IMG/VR virus record: IMGVR_UViG_3300007974_000850
Span: 1-27,092 of that record
Direction: 5' to 3' (one strand)
Source of the DNA: a virus
Taxonomy: Duplodnaviria; Caudoviricetes
DNA length: 27,092 nt
Below are positions 7,429 through 16,494 of the stretch, piece by piece (the first letter of the stretch is position 1; each line of letters begins with the position of its first letter). The position numbers were made by a program, and so were the translations under genes. The notes under the pieces are model-generated. The model saw only the letters and a program-made list of their open reading frames with translations, made no database searches and was not told the DNA's origin.

Positions 7429-9717
7429 ATGGCCGGTGATAAACGAGAAGTAAGGGTCGCCGTTGTAGGTGACGCCGCCCAACTTCAGCGGGAACTTCAA
7501 AAAGCAGAAGGTCATCTCTCCGGTTTCGGAGCCAACGCCAAAAAATCGGGTGACATCCTTCAAAGCGCTTTGTTCGGGGGGGCTGTTCTTTACGGTGCGA
7601 AGAAACTGGTGGACGCTGCTGGCGATCTCCAACAATCCATCGGCGGAACAGCAGCCGTCTTCGAAGACGCTTCTGGGGCTGTCAACGACTTCACCAAAAA
7701 CTCGGCCGACCTGGTCGGAATGTCCGAAAACGCTGCCAGAACAATCACCAGCCGGCTCGGTGCATCCCTCAAAGGCTTCGGGATGTCCACTGAAGAGGCA
7801 GCTGCACAAGCAATCAACCTCACCAAAACAGGCGCCGATCTGGCTGCCACATTGGGTGGAAAAACTGATGACGCTGTAGCAGCTCTCGGATCTGCACTCC
7901 GAGGCGAATACGACCCCCTCGAGCGTTTCGGTATTGCCTTGAAAGCCTCCGAGGTCAACGCCAAGGCAGTCTCAATGGGCTTGGCTTCATCCGAATCAAA
8001 CGTGACCGCCTACGCCAAAGGCCAAGCAACCCTCGCACTCATCACCGAACGCTCAGCCTTCGCTCAGGGGCAATTTGCTCGAGAAGCAGACACTGCCCAA
8101 GGCCAAGCACAACGAGCAGCAGCGAAAACAGCAGACGCCTCAGCCAAACTTGGAGAATCACTCCTCCCCATTTACACCAAAATCCAACAAGGAATTGGGT
8201 TTGTCGCCGACGCCTTCACAACACTTCCAGACTCAGTTCAAACAGGTTTGATCGCTTTGGGAGGCGTGGCCTTTGTAGCCAAACCAGTCGCCGACGTGGT
8301 TGGTTTGATGAACACAGCTGTTCGAGCGTTGCCTGACCTTCTCAACAAGGCAGCAACAAAAGCCTATGACATGGCCGGCGCTATCGACACCGCTGGAGCC
8401 AAAGCAAAGTCAGGAGCCGGAAACTTCGCCAAAATAGGTTTGGCAGCCGCCGGAATCTTTGCGGTCGCTGAAGGATTGAAAGCAATTTCCGCAGCCCAAG
8501 CAGATTTCGGGTCCACCGACGTCGAAAGAGTCACCGCCTCACTTCGCACGTTCTCCACAGAAAATGTCGGAGGCGTAATTGCCGACGACATGAACAAACT
8601 CAAAGACGCCCTCAAAGCAGTCGACCAAGCCAGCAACTTTTCTTACAACCTCGGTAGCGGCTTCGCTAAGTTTATAGACAAAGGCAGAATTGACGAAGCA
8701 AAAAAAGCCATTGAAGCAGTCGACACAGCCCTCAAATCACTTTTCCAAGAAGACCCAACAGCTGCCGGGACTGCCTACGAAAAACTTCTCGGCGACCTAG
8801 GTATCTCTGCCTCAGAAGGTAAAAAATACTTTGACGACTATTCCGGGGCAGTAGAAGACGCCGGCCTCGCCAGTGGAAACTTGGTGGACCCTGTTGAAGC
8901 TGCCACGACAGCTCTGAAAGATGAAGCGGTCGAGGCTGATAAAGCTGCAAAAAAACTTGAAGATCTCTACAAGGTCACCAACAATTTGTTCGGTGCCAAC
9001 ATCTCCTTGGAAGAAGCCCAGATCAACACCCGGAAAGCCTTGCAGGAATACAACACAAGTCTTTCTGACGGTTCTTCAACAGCCGACGAACGCACACAGC
9101 AGGGTCTTGATCTTCTAAAGGCATATCAAAATGAAGCAGAGGCGGCCGTTGACGCTGCCGAAGCCGCAGCAGCATTGAACGGGAAAATACTTACGACAGC
9201 CGAATCGGCAGGCATTACGGCCGGAAAATACTTTGAACTGGCCGAAACACTTGCTCCCGATAGTCCACTTCGAAAAAGAATCACCGATCTTGGTGTCCAG
9301 TTCTATCTTCTTTCTTTGGCAAAACCTGTGGTGACCATTGACGCCGAAACAGAAGAAGCATCACGGAAAATCAGTGAACTCCTTGGCCTGACTAGTCAAC
9401 TGACCGGAGAATACGGACGGGGGCTTGGTTTTATGAAGAGAGCATCCGGCGGGCCAGTCAACGCCGGCTCCCCATACATTGTTGGTGAGCAAGGCCCGGA
9501 ACTGTTCGTCCCTTCCGGATACGGCCGAATCATGGACGCCTTCTCCACCAGCAAAGCCCTCCTGTCCAACACTGGCGGCAGCATGGGTGGTGGCGGATCC
9601 AATGTGACAATCAACGTCAACGTCGCCCCTACCGCCGACAAGGCTGCTATCGGACAAACCATCGTCGAAGCCATCTCCTCCTATGAACGCCGCTCCGGTT
9701 ATGGGTGGCGAAGCTAA
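7429..9717 (+). CDS. Tape measure protein
   Basis: 762 aa, Ala-rich and helical. SALRGEYDPLERFG motif and C-terminal RASGGPV.AG.PYIVGEQGPELFVP. Confidence 0.92.
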   Translation: MAGDKREVRVAVVGDAAQLQRELQKAEGHLSGFGANAKKSGDILQSALFGGAVLYGAKKLVDAAGDLQQSIGGTAAVFEDASGAVNDFTKNSADLVGMSENAARTITSRLGASLKGFGMSTEEAAAQAINLTKTGADLAATLGGKTDDAVAALGSALRGEYDPLERFGIALKASEVNAKAVSMGLASSESNVTAYAKGQATLALITERSAFAQGQFAREADTAQGQAQRAAAKTADASAKLGESLLPIYTKIQQGIGFVADAFTTLPDSVQTGLIALGGVAFVAKPVADVVGLMNTAVRALPDLLNKAATKAYDMAGAIDTAGAKAKSGAGNFAKIGLAAAGIFAVAEGLKAISAAQADFGSTDVERVTASLRTFSTENVGGVIADDMNKLKDALKAVDQASNFSYNLGSGFAKFIDKGRIDEAKKAIEAVDTALKSLFQEDPTAAGTAYEKLLGDLGISASEGKKYFDDYSGAVEDAGLASGNLVDPVEAATTALKDEAVEADKAAKKLEDLYKVTNNLFGANISLEEAQINTRKALQEYNTSLSDGSSTADERTQQGLDLLKAYQNEAEAAVDAAEAAAALNGKILTTAESAGITAGKYFELAETLAPDSPLRKRITDLGVQFYLLSLAKPVVTIDAETEEASRKISELLGLTSQLTGEYGRGLGFMKRASGGPVNAGSPYIVGEQGPELFVPSGYGRIMDAFSTSKALLSNTGGSMGGGGSNVTINVNVAPTADKAAIGQTIVEAISSYERRSGYGWRS

Positions 9718-11702
9718 TGCCAGCCGAAATCGCTGATGGCGTGCAAATCACTGTTTCCATAGGCTTCTCCACCACCGCCGGCTCCGGCACAGTCCCAATC
9801 AACTCCACACTCGCCTCCATCACTTACACCGACGTCTCCACCTACGTTCGGAGTGTTCAAATCAAACGTGGCCGCTCCTCAGAACTTGACGACTTCACCA
9901 CCGGAAACTGTCAAGTCATCCTCAGCAACGAAGACCGAACCTTCGACCCGGAAAACACTGTCGGCCCTTACTACGGAAAAATTACTCCAGGACGCCCAAT
10001 CCGTGTCCAAGCCACAGCTCCTGGCGGTTCCGCTGAAACCATCTTCCAAGGCTATGTCGACCAGTGGGACCAGCAATACACAAACCCTTCTGACGCTGTC
10101 GCAGCCGTCACCGCCTCCGACGCGTTCAAAGTATTGAACCTCATCACGCTCCCGTCGTATTGGGAATACTCAGTGAGGACTGACGGCCCGCCAACCTGCT
10201 GGTTTCGTTTCGATGACGGCTTCACACCGTCAACGCCTTATGACACCATCTCAGGCAAGTCATTAGCGACATGGCGATGGCTCGCTACCGACGCAACCGT
10301 GCCTTCAGTAGCGGGCGCAGCGACAGAGGGTGACTCAACGGGTTCGCTTGTCGTGAACGACACCTCAGTGTCGGCATCTTTCACCGGAAAGAAATACATT
10401 GACTTTGCACCAGAACTGTGGCCCTTCTCCGCCATCAGTTATCTTGCCAAGACGGTTGAGTGTTGGATTCAAACCGGCGATTACGTTGTCGGTAACCAAG
10501 GCATCTTCTATCGCCCCGGCAACGAGTTCACCATTGCCTTGCACATCGCAAACATCACCGCCACTAATGGCGTTCTTTACGCTACTTGGGGATCTGCCGC
10601 TGGCGTCAACATTGCGACTCAAATCCAGTCAACTGTCAATGTTCGAGACGGCAAACCGCATCACGTTGTCATGCGTTGGGATTGGGCTACAAGCGCCGCA
10701 CAACTATGGGTTGACGGCACCCTCGCAACCATCTCGTCTAGTTTCACAACCTCACCGCCGGTACAAACAGTCACGACCGTCGGCAAAGCGTTTGTCGCAA
10801 GCGCCGACACCACAAGAAACGCCAGCAACGACTTCACTGGCGTGATTGACGAGTTGGCGTTCTACGGCAACACCGCACTCACCGCCGCTCAAATCGCCGC
10901 TCATTACGCCATCGGAAAAGGCACCTACCTGACCGGCAACACCGCTAGTGCCCGTGTTACGTCGCTGCTGACAATGGCTGGCTGGATGAGTGACGGCACA
11001 AACCTCACCACCGCAACCTCAAAAGTCCAAGGAATCGACACCCAAAACGACACACTCCTGTCTGCTCTAAAGGAATGCGAAACCGCCGATCAAGGCCGTC
11101 TCTTCTGCGACCGTTCCGGACTCGTCAAGTTCATTTCCCACGATTCCATGGCAACAACCAGCACCTTCAACACATCACAAAGAACCTTCGGAGACGGATC
11201 AGGAGAACTCCCCTACCTCGACCTCGAGTTCACCTTCAACGACCAACTCATCTTCAACCGGTCAATCGCTTCCAGACTTGAAGGAGCAACCGCTGTCGTC
11301 AACGACACCACATCGCAGGGTCAATACTTTATTCGCACCGACTCGCAATCGGGCCTGATAAACGACACCGATCAGGCGATGACAGACATCGCCAACGTGA
11401 GACTCGCAACCTACAAACAACCGCAGCTGCGAATTGACCAAATGAGATTCAGCCCACGCCGCCTCACGTCTATGTATTCGGCGACGATCACAGACGACAT
11501 CGGAACTAGAATCACTGTGAAACGACGCCCTCAAGGAGTCGGGTCTGTAATCTCTAAAGAACTGATCGTCGAAGGCATCAGCCACGACATCGGGATCTCT
11601 TCTTGGGAGACAACCTACAATCTGTCGCCTGCACCGCTGGCGTTCTTCATTCTTGACTCGTCGACGTTCGGCGTTCTCGGCACAAACCTGCTCGGCTATT
11701 AG
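9717..11702 (+). CDS. Minor tail (tip/hub) protein with internal LamG/concanavalin-like domain
   Basis: ATG at 9717 (TAATG). Conserved IKRGRSSELD..L.N.DR.FDP N-terminus and VEGISHDI C-terminus. Internal TVECWIQT...DGKPHHVV...LWVDG...FTGVIDELAFY..ALTAAQIAAHY is LamG-like. Confidence 0.8.
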   Translation: MPAEIADGVQITVSIGFSTTAGSGTVPINSTLASITYTDVSTYVRSVQIKRGRSSELDDFTTGNCQVILSNEDRTFDPENTVGPYYGKITPGRPIRVQATAPGGSAETIFQGYVDQWDQQYTNPSDAVAAVTASDAFKVLNLITLPSYWEYSVRTDGPPTCWFRFDDGFTPSTPYDTISGKSLATWRWLATDATVPSVAGAATEGDSTGSLVVNDTSVSASFTGKKYIDFAPELWPFSAISYLAKTVECWIQTGDYVVGNQGIFYRPGNEFTIALHIANITATNGVLYATWGSAAGVNIATQIQSTVNVRDGKPHHVVMRWDWATSAAQLWVDGTLATISSSFTTSPPVQTVTTVGKAFVASADTTRNASNDFTGVIDELAFYGNTALTAAQIAAHYAIGKGTYLTGNTASARVTSLLTMAGWMSDGTNLTTATSKVQGIDTQNDTLLSALKECETADQGRLFCDRSGLVKFISHDSMATTSTFNTSQRTFGDGSGELPYLDLEFTFNDQLIFNRSIASRLEGATAVVNDTTSQGQYFIRTDSQSGLINDTDQAMTDIANVRLATYKQPQLRIDQMRFSPRRLTSMYSATITDDIGTRITVKRRPQGVGSVISKELIVEGISHDIGISSWETTYNLSPAPLAFFILDSSTFGVLGTNLLGY

Positions 11703-11711
11703 GAGACTCTT

Positions 11712-12347
11712 ATGGGTTCAGGCTTCAAAACATTCACAGCAGCCTCAGTGCTTACCGCTGCCGATCTGAACAACTACTGCCAGAACCAGTCGGTCATGTA
11801 TTTCGCGACGACCGCTGCGCGTGATGCAGCGATCACTTCACCGCTTGACGGTATGGTCGCATACGTCGGAAGTAACGACTCGTCCGAGGGCCTTTACACT
11901 TACAACGGCACGTCGTGGCGAAAAGGTCCAGGCTGGAACGCGCCGTGGGGTTACATCGTACACGCCACGGCTACCTCAAACGTCGCCGCCAACAACGCTC
12001 TCATTCTTAGCAGCACCGCTTCGGTTCTGAACAATCGACGATACCGAATCACAGCACACGTTCCAGGTTTCCGGTCCAGTGATGTTACTGGTGTTGCGGG
12101 CATTTCCGTTGTAGTTGGCGGCACTGTCATTGCAAAGCAGCACATCGGTTGCGTTCTTGTCAATAGTGCAAACTTTGGTGGAACAATCGTCGCCATCTAC
12201 AACTCAACAGCAACTAACAGCAGCCTCTCCGTAGTCCTTTGGAATCTTCCCCCCATCAACAGTGGGACACACACGTTTGAGGCTGCGGCAACTACGCCGA
12301 TTATGATTATGACTGAAGACATCGGCCCGTCAGGCGCACCGGTCTGA
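11712..12347 (+). CDS. Minor tail / tail fibre-like protein
   Basis: RBS AGGAG. N-terminal GFKTFTAASVLTAADLNNY...FATTAARDAAI..P..GM.AY, beta-rich C-terminus ending EDIGP. Confidence 0.7.
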   Translation: MGSGFKTFTAASVLTAADLNNYCQNQSVMYFATTAARDAAITSPLDGMVAYVGSNDSSEGLYTYNGTSWRKGPGWNAPWGYIVHATATSNVAANNALILSSTASVLNNRRYRITAHVPGFRSSDVTGVAGISVVVGGTVIAKQHIGCVLVNSANFGGTIVAIYNSTATNSSLSVVLWNLPPINSGTHTFEAAATTPIMIMTEDIGPSGAPV

Positions 12348-13156
12348 TGGGTTACTACCTGCTGGACAATCCGCCAGCGTCGCCTCAGTTCTATGCCTCA
12401 CGGAACTCGACACCCACATGGGCTGTTGGTGTTCACACTTCTGAGGGTTCGACTGGTCCTGGCAGCGCTGCCAACTTGGCAGCGTTCATCGCCAGACGAT
12501 CAGATCCGGGCAGCTATCACGCGATAGTCGACAGTGAAGAAACCATTGTCATGGTCCCGCCGGACTACACCACCTTCAGTGTCGCCGCCGATGGCTACAA
12601 CTCGCGCACCTGGCACATCTGTCTCGCCGGTCGCAGTGCTGATCTCAGCCCCGACGATGCCAACACGCAAGCGATGATTGCTCGAGCAGGCGAAGTCATC
12701 CGTTTCCTGTGGGGCCTGTTGGGTATTGATCCAGCAGCGAACGCTCAATGGATCGGCACCGACGCACTCAACCGTCCGGGGTTATTCTGCCATGGCGATG
12801 TCCAGCCTTGGGATCGTTCCGACGCTTGGTCGACACATCCTGATCGTGCAGCTCTTGATCAGCTTCTCATAAACGCAATCACCCCTCCCGCACCACCCAT
12901 CCCACCTAACCCACAGGACGACGAAATGAAACGCTACCTACTCCGAGGCAATAAGTCCGGCGAAATCTATTTGGCCGACGCCGGCTTGGGCTGGAAATGG
13001 CACATCCCAGCAGGGCAGCTCCAAAACGTCGCGTGGGTTATCGGACAGGCCGGCGGACAGTTCCTCATCTTCCCCGGCTCTAACACTGTCGTATTCGAAG
13101 GCCAAACAATCTGGGTGGCTGAACAGGCGTTTGTCGACGCTATCCCCACCATCTAA
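12347..13156 (+). CDS. Endolysin, Amidase_2-type N-acetylmuramoyl-L-alanine amidase
   Basis: VHTSEG, GSYHAIVD, N..TWHICLAG, CHGD...RSD provide His/His/Asp Zn ligands. A Pro-rich linker leads to a C-terminal putative binding domain. Confidence 0.85.
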   Translation: MGYYLLDNPPASPQFYASRNSTPTWAVGVHTSEGSTGPGSAANLAAFIARRSDPGSYHAIVDSEETIVMVPPDYTTFSVAADGYNSRTWHICLAGRSADLSPDDANTQAMIARAGEVIRFLWGLLGIDPAANAQWIGTDALNRPGLFCHGDVQPWDRSDAWSTHPDRAALDQLLINAITPPAPPIPPNPQDDEMKRYLLRGNKSGEIYLADAGLGWKWHIPAGQLQNVAWVIGQAGGQFLIFPGSNTVVFEGQTIWVAEQAFVDAIPTI

Positions 13157-13176
13157 CCGGATCGGCTGTCGATGTC

Positions 13177-13422
13177 ATGCAATGGGAACCGATTATCGCC
13201 GCGTCAGTAACCGGACTACTCGCCTTTGGTGGTGTGATCTGGCAGTCACGGAAAACCCGTCGAATCAACACCGACGAACACTCCGAAAACTCCCGGAAAC
13301 TAGACCGCATCGAACAAAAGGTTGACTCCACCGCTGAGAGGGTTGAGACTGTTTCCGACCGGCTTGACGACCATGTCGTCCTGCACAGCATGACATCCCG
13401 AAAACAATGGTGGCGCAAATGA
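13177..13422 (+). CDS. Small membrane protein with coiled coil (lysis-module associated)
   Basis: N-terminal TM (IIAASVTGLLAFGGVIW), then coiled coil ending RLDDH, directly downstream of the endolysin. Confidence 0.65.
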   Translation: MQWEPIIAASVTGLLAFGGVIWQSRKTRRINTDEHSENSRKLDRIEQKVDSTAERVETVSDRLDDHVVLHSMTSRKQWWRK

Positions 13423-13646
13423 GCTTTGCTGACGACGTCCGAGAAGAAACCCGAACCTCCGGAATCGAATGTCGACTCTGTTCTTTGCTGAAAATTATGG
13501 ACACAAAAACCCGTGGCGAAGTCGATGCAGTCATCGCCGACCCATCCCAAAACGCCGAAGCAATATCTAGGGCGATGAAGCGGAGAGGCTGGGAGATCCG
13601 TGGCGACTCAATCCGAAAACACCGACGAAACTGCCTCCTTCGCTGA
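13419..13646 (+). CDS. Small Zn-binding/HTH-like protein
   Basis: ATG at 13419 (ATGA overlap). CRLC...AISRAM...SIRKHRRNC. Confidence 0.65.
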   Translation: MSFADDVREETRTSGIECRLCSLLKIMDTKTRGEVDAVIADPSQNAEAISRAMKRRGWEIRGDSIRKHRRNCLLR

Positions 13647-14832
13647 CGAGGTAGCAGCCGGATCACGACCCCGACGAAACCATCCGCAAGGATGGGAACC
13701 AGGGGTCGCATGGAACGGCCGTGAAGGAACCCTCACCACCCCGCCCCTCGAGCAAGACCCCACGACAGGCGTTTGGTCGGAGCTGGTAGCGGACTGGGGT
13801 TTGGATCCTCTCACCACCGAAGTTGTCGAAGGTTCTGTGCAGGTCCGAGCATGGGACACTCATGACGGCCGGAGGCTTCGCTATTACCGGGCCACATTGC
13901 GCGCGCGTGAACTTGACTACGACCGACCCGACGTTGACGCCCTCTGTCGGCTTATTGAACGCCGAAAGCCCGTCAAAGCCGCTCAGAGCGCTTCACAGCC
14001 CCTCAGAGCGCTTGTATGCCTCATTGCCGACTGGCAGTTGGGAAAGGCCGGAGAAGCCAACGGAGGCACTCCTGAGACAATCCAAAGGATCTGCCAGGCA
14101 CTCGACCTCATCCCCGCACGAATCCGAGAACTCAAAAAAGCCGGACGCCCAGTCGAATCCGTTTATCTAGTCGGCCTCGGCGACCTAGTAGAACAATGCT
14201 CCGGCCATTATCCCGGCCAAACCTTCAACGTCGACTTGGACAGGCGTGAACAGTTACGCCTAGCCCGCCGACTCATCCTCCGAGCCGTCGACAACATCAT
14301 CGGCCTCACCCCAAGAACCATCCTCGCCGCTGTACCAGGCAACCACGGAGAAAACCGTCTCAATGGCAAAGCCTTCACCCGCACCACCGACAATGATGAT
14401 CTGGCAGTAGTGGAACAGGTCGCCGAAATCTTGGCTGCCAACCCTGACCGCTACGGCAGCTGCACCACCGTCCTCGCCTCCGGAAACAACCTTGTCCTCG
14501 ACATTGCAGGAATCCCCGTCGCTTTCGCCCACGGCCACAAAGCCGGAGCCTCCGGACACCCAGCCGCCAAACTTGAGAACTGGTGGAAAGGCCAAGTCAT
14601 GGGCCGCCAACCCATCGCCGACGCCGACATCCTCATCACCGGCCACTATCACCACTTCATCTGTTCAGAAACATCCGGCCGAACTTTCATTCAAGCACCC
14701 GCAATGGATGGCGGGTCCGCTTGGTGGACTGACATGAGCGGCCAAAACTCTCCGGCCGGAATGCTCACCCTCGGCATCGGAACCGGCTACGGCCCCCGAG
14801 GCTGGGGCGACCTCCACATCCACTCCGTCTAA
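13600..14832 (+). CDS. Calcineurin-like metallophosphoesterase (Mre11/SbcD-like nuclease or phosphoesterase)
   Basis: All five motifs present: ADWQ, GLGDLVE, PGNHGE, AHGH, GHYHH. Start codon uncertain. Confidence 0.88.
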   Translation: MATQSENTDETASFADEVAAGSRPRRNHPQGWEPGVAWNGREGTLTTPPLEQDPTTGVWSELVADWGLDPLTTEVVEGSVQVRAWDTHDGRRLRYYRATLRARELDYDRPDVDALCRLIERRKPVKAAQSASQPLRALVCLIADWQLGKAGEANGGTPETIQRICQALDLIPARIRELKKAGRPVESVYLVGLGDLVEQCSGHYPGQTFNVDLDRREQLRLARRLILRAVDNIIGLTPRTILAAVPGNHGENRLNGKAFTRTTDNDDLAVVEQVAEILAANPDRYGSCTTVLASGNNLVLDIAGIPVAFAHGHKAGASGHPAAKLENWWKGQVMGRQPIADADILITGHYHHFICSETSGRTFIQAPAMDGGSAWWTDMSGQNSPAGMLTLGIGTGYGPRGWGDLHIHSV

Positions 14833-14844
14833 AGGAACCCGACA

Positions 14845-15231
14845 ATGGAAGAAATGGAACCCGAAGAAGAGTTCGATGCCCACTGGCCATCCATCCTCCT
14901 CGACTCGTTCGCCCTGGTACACGGGGACAGGGGCCGAGCGTATGGACCGCCGTGGGAGGATTACGCGCGCGTCACCAACCAATTCAACGCCCTCTGGGGT
15001 GACGATGTCCTCGATGTCAACGCCGGCATCCTGTTTATGATTTGTATGAAGCTCGGCCGCATCGCCCACGGTTTGGAGATGGGCTTCGATGCTGAGATGT
15101 TGAAAGACTCAATCACTGACGCCGCCGGATATTTGGACTGCCTCTACGGATCACTCCTCAATCCGCCGACGATGGTTGTCAGTTACGACCAGGACTCCGA
15201 AGACTTGGAATGGGAGGAGGAAGACGAATGA
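14845..15231 (+). CDS. DUF6378-like phage protein
   Basis: V.GDRG.AYGPP...., MI.MKLGR......DS.TD.AGY pattern. Confidence 0.75.
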   Translation: MEEMEPEEEFDAHWPSILLDSFALVHGDRGRAYGPPWEDYARVTNQFNALWGDDVLDVNAGILFMICMKLGRIAHGLEMGFDAEMLKDSITDAAGYLDCLYGSLLNPPTMVVSYDQDSEDLEWEEEDE

Positions 15232-15356
15232 CCATCACCATCGACCCTGATGTCATCCCTGTCACCCAACCCGACCTCGACGACGACGAATACGATGAAG
15301 ACGACTACGAATACCCTGACGAGCAGACCTACCCCAAACCAGACTGGAAGCCATAA
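15228..15356 (+). CDS. 42-aa highly acidic peptide
   Basis: MTITIDPDVIPVTQPDLDDDEYDEDDYEYPDEQTYPKPDWKP*. Preceded by GGAGG and coupled at both ends (ATGA, TAATG). Below the ORF-track cutoff. Confidence 0.65.
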   Translation: MTITIDPDVIPVTQPDLDDDEYDEDDYEYPDEQTYPKPDWKP

Positions 15357-15592
15357 TGTTCACGAAATCGTTTCTCCTACAGCTCGCCGAACGAGCCGTC
15401 AAAACTTTTGCCCAGACTTTGGTGGCCTTGGCTGGCGCCTCCCAAATGGATTGGCTGAACCTTGACTGGCAGCACCTGACCGCCACTGCTGCCATCGCCG
15501 CCGGCCTCTCAGCCCTCACCTCCATTGCTTCGGACAGGGTCGGTCCGATTGACTCCCCGTCCATCGTTCCTACGTTCACGACGTTTCCGTAG
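15356..15592 (+). CDS. Holin, r1t-like
   Basis: AERAVKTFAQTLVA...DW.......AA.AAGLSALTSIAS signature. Confidence 0.88.
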   Translation: MFTKSFLLQLAERAVKTFAQTLVALAGASQMDWLNLDWQHLTATAAIAAGLSALTSIASDRVGPIDSPSIVPTFTTFP

Positions 15593-15691
15593 ATCCCCGG
15601 TTCGACGACGACGCCCACCTCCCCACTAGGCGTCGAATTGGCACTCGAGGCGTACCGCCACGCACTCTGAGCCACCAACCGAACCGGATGC

Positions 15692-15739
15692 CAGAAGCCC
15701 CCAAACAGCCGCTTCCCCTGGCCGATTTGGGGGCTTCTG
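15692..15739 (+). terminator. Strong hairpin ending the late operon (putative terminator/processing site)
   Basis: Perfect 14-bp inverted repeat CAGAAGCCCCCAAA / TTTGGGGGCTTCTG. No long U-tract follows. Confidence 0.6.
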
Positions 15740-15760
15740 CGCGTCCCCCAAAAACAATCC

Positions 15761-15789
15761 TTGACTTCTTATAAAGAATCCTTTATAAC
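15761..15789 (+). promoter_or_regulatory. Sigma-A/sigma70-type early promoter
   Basis: TTGACT (15761-15766), 17-bp spacer, TATAAC (15784-15789), in an AT-rich patch at the head of the small-ORF arm. Confidence 0.85.
15769..15788. promoter_or_regulatory. Palindromic operator candidate
   Basis: TTATAAAG-aatc-CTTTATAA, a perfect 8-4-8 inverted repeat covering the spacer and -10. Confidence 0.6.
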
Positions 15790-15832
15790 ATGGAGGTAGG
15801 GGAAAAGCCCCCTCAACCAAAGGAATCCCGAC

Positions 15833-15970
15833 ATGAACCAGAACCAAGAAACCAGCAAAACAGCCCCCAGGTACCTTGACCTCCACGCCTTGAGCGCCGC
15901 ATACGACAAGGCCCGCCGGGCAAGGAAACGCCAGATCAAGGCCCTCAAAGCAACAAAAACCAACTCTTAA
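15833..15970 (+). CDS. 45-aa basic protein (first gene after the promoter)
   Basis: AAGGA RBS. MNQNQETSKTAPRYLDLHALSAAYDKARRARKRQIKALKATKTNS*. Confidence 0.6.
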   Translation: MNQNQETSKTAPRYLDLHALSAAYDKARRARKRQIKALKATKTNS

Positions 15971-16003
15971 CCAAATCAACCAAATCAGACAGGAAACCCC
16001 GAC

Positions 16004-16348
16004 ATGGCCGCAATGAAGCAACTTGACATCCACCTTCAAGAACTCATCGAAACAGAAAACGACGTTGTCAAATACGGATTCATCGCAGGTATCGACACCT
16101 ACGACGACGAATACACATGGGAAACTGAAGCAGAACGGCTCTTCATCTCTGCAAATGTGAACGCCGAGATCCTCGCCGAAACCATTGTCAACCTGCTCGC
16201 TCCGGAGACCAAATACGTCTTGGCCGATGACATTCAGGTCGACCCCTATTGGAACGCCATTGAAGCGGTCCGGCATTACATCCAAGACACCGAACCAAAC
16301 CAACTCAGTCTCGAAGGCTTACAAGAAGCAATCGAAGAGGCGATCTAA
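16004..16348 (+). CDS. Hypothetical acidic protein
   Basis: AGGA RBS, 114 aa, very Asp/Glu-rich. Confidence 0.7.
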   Translation: MAAMKQLDIHLQELIETENDVVKYGFIAGIDTYDDEYTWETEAERLFISANVNAEILAETIVNLLAPETKYVLADDIQVDPYWNAIEAVRHYIQDTEPNQLSLEGLQEAIEEAI

Positions 16349-16494
16349 TGTGGACTGTTCTAGCGCTCACGCCAGCAGTTCTTCTCTTCGCTCATCAGAT
16401 CCGCAAAGCCAACCAACCCAAACCCTCGGCTCCGACACTCGCCGACATTCCTGTGATCGTCCTGATAGGAAACGACTTGGAGGTAGACCTGTGA
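16348..16494 (+). CDS. 48-aa hypothetical protein with hydrophobic N-terminus
   Basis: MWTVLALTPAVLLFAHQIRK...LEVDL*. Coupled TAATG and GTGA. Confidence 0.55.
   Translation: MWTVLALTPAVLLFAHQIRKANQPKPSAPTLADIPVIVLIGNDLEVDL

Noticed and set aside
9717-12347. Diversity-generating retroelement targeting tail genes
   Set aside because: No reverse transcriptase and no template/variable repeat pair noticed.
15593-15690. tRNA gene or attP site
   Set aside because: Contains GGTTCGA but no cloverleaf can be built around it, and no integrase is present in the window.
15626-16303. 225-aa minus-strand ORF crossing the promoter
   Set aside because: Antisense to credible + genes and the promoter, with V/G/F-rich shadow composition and no motifs.
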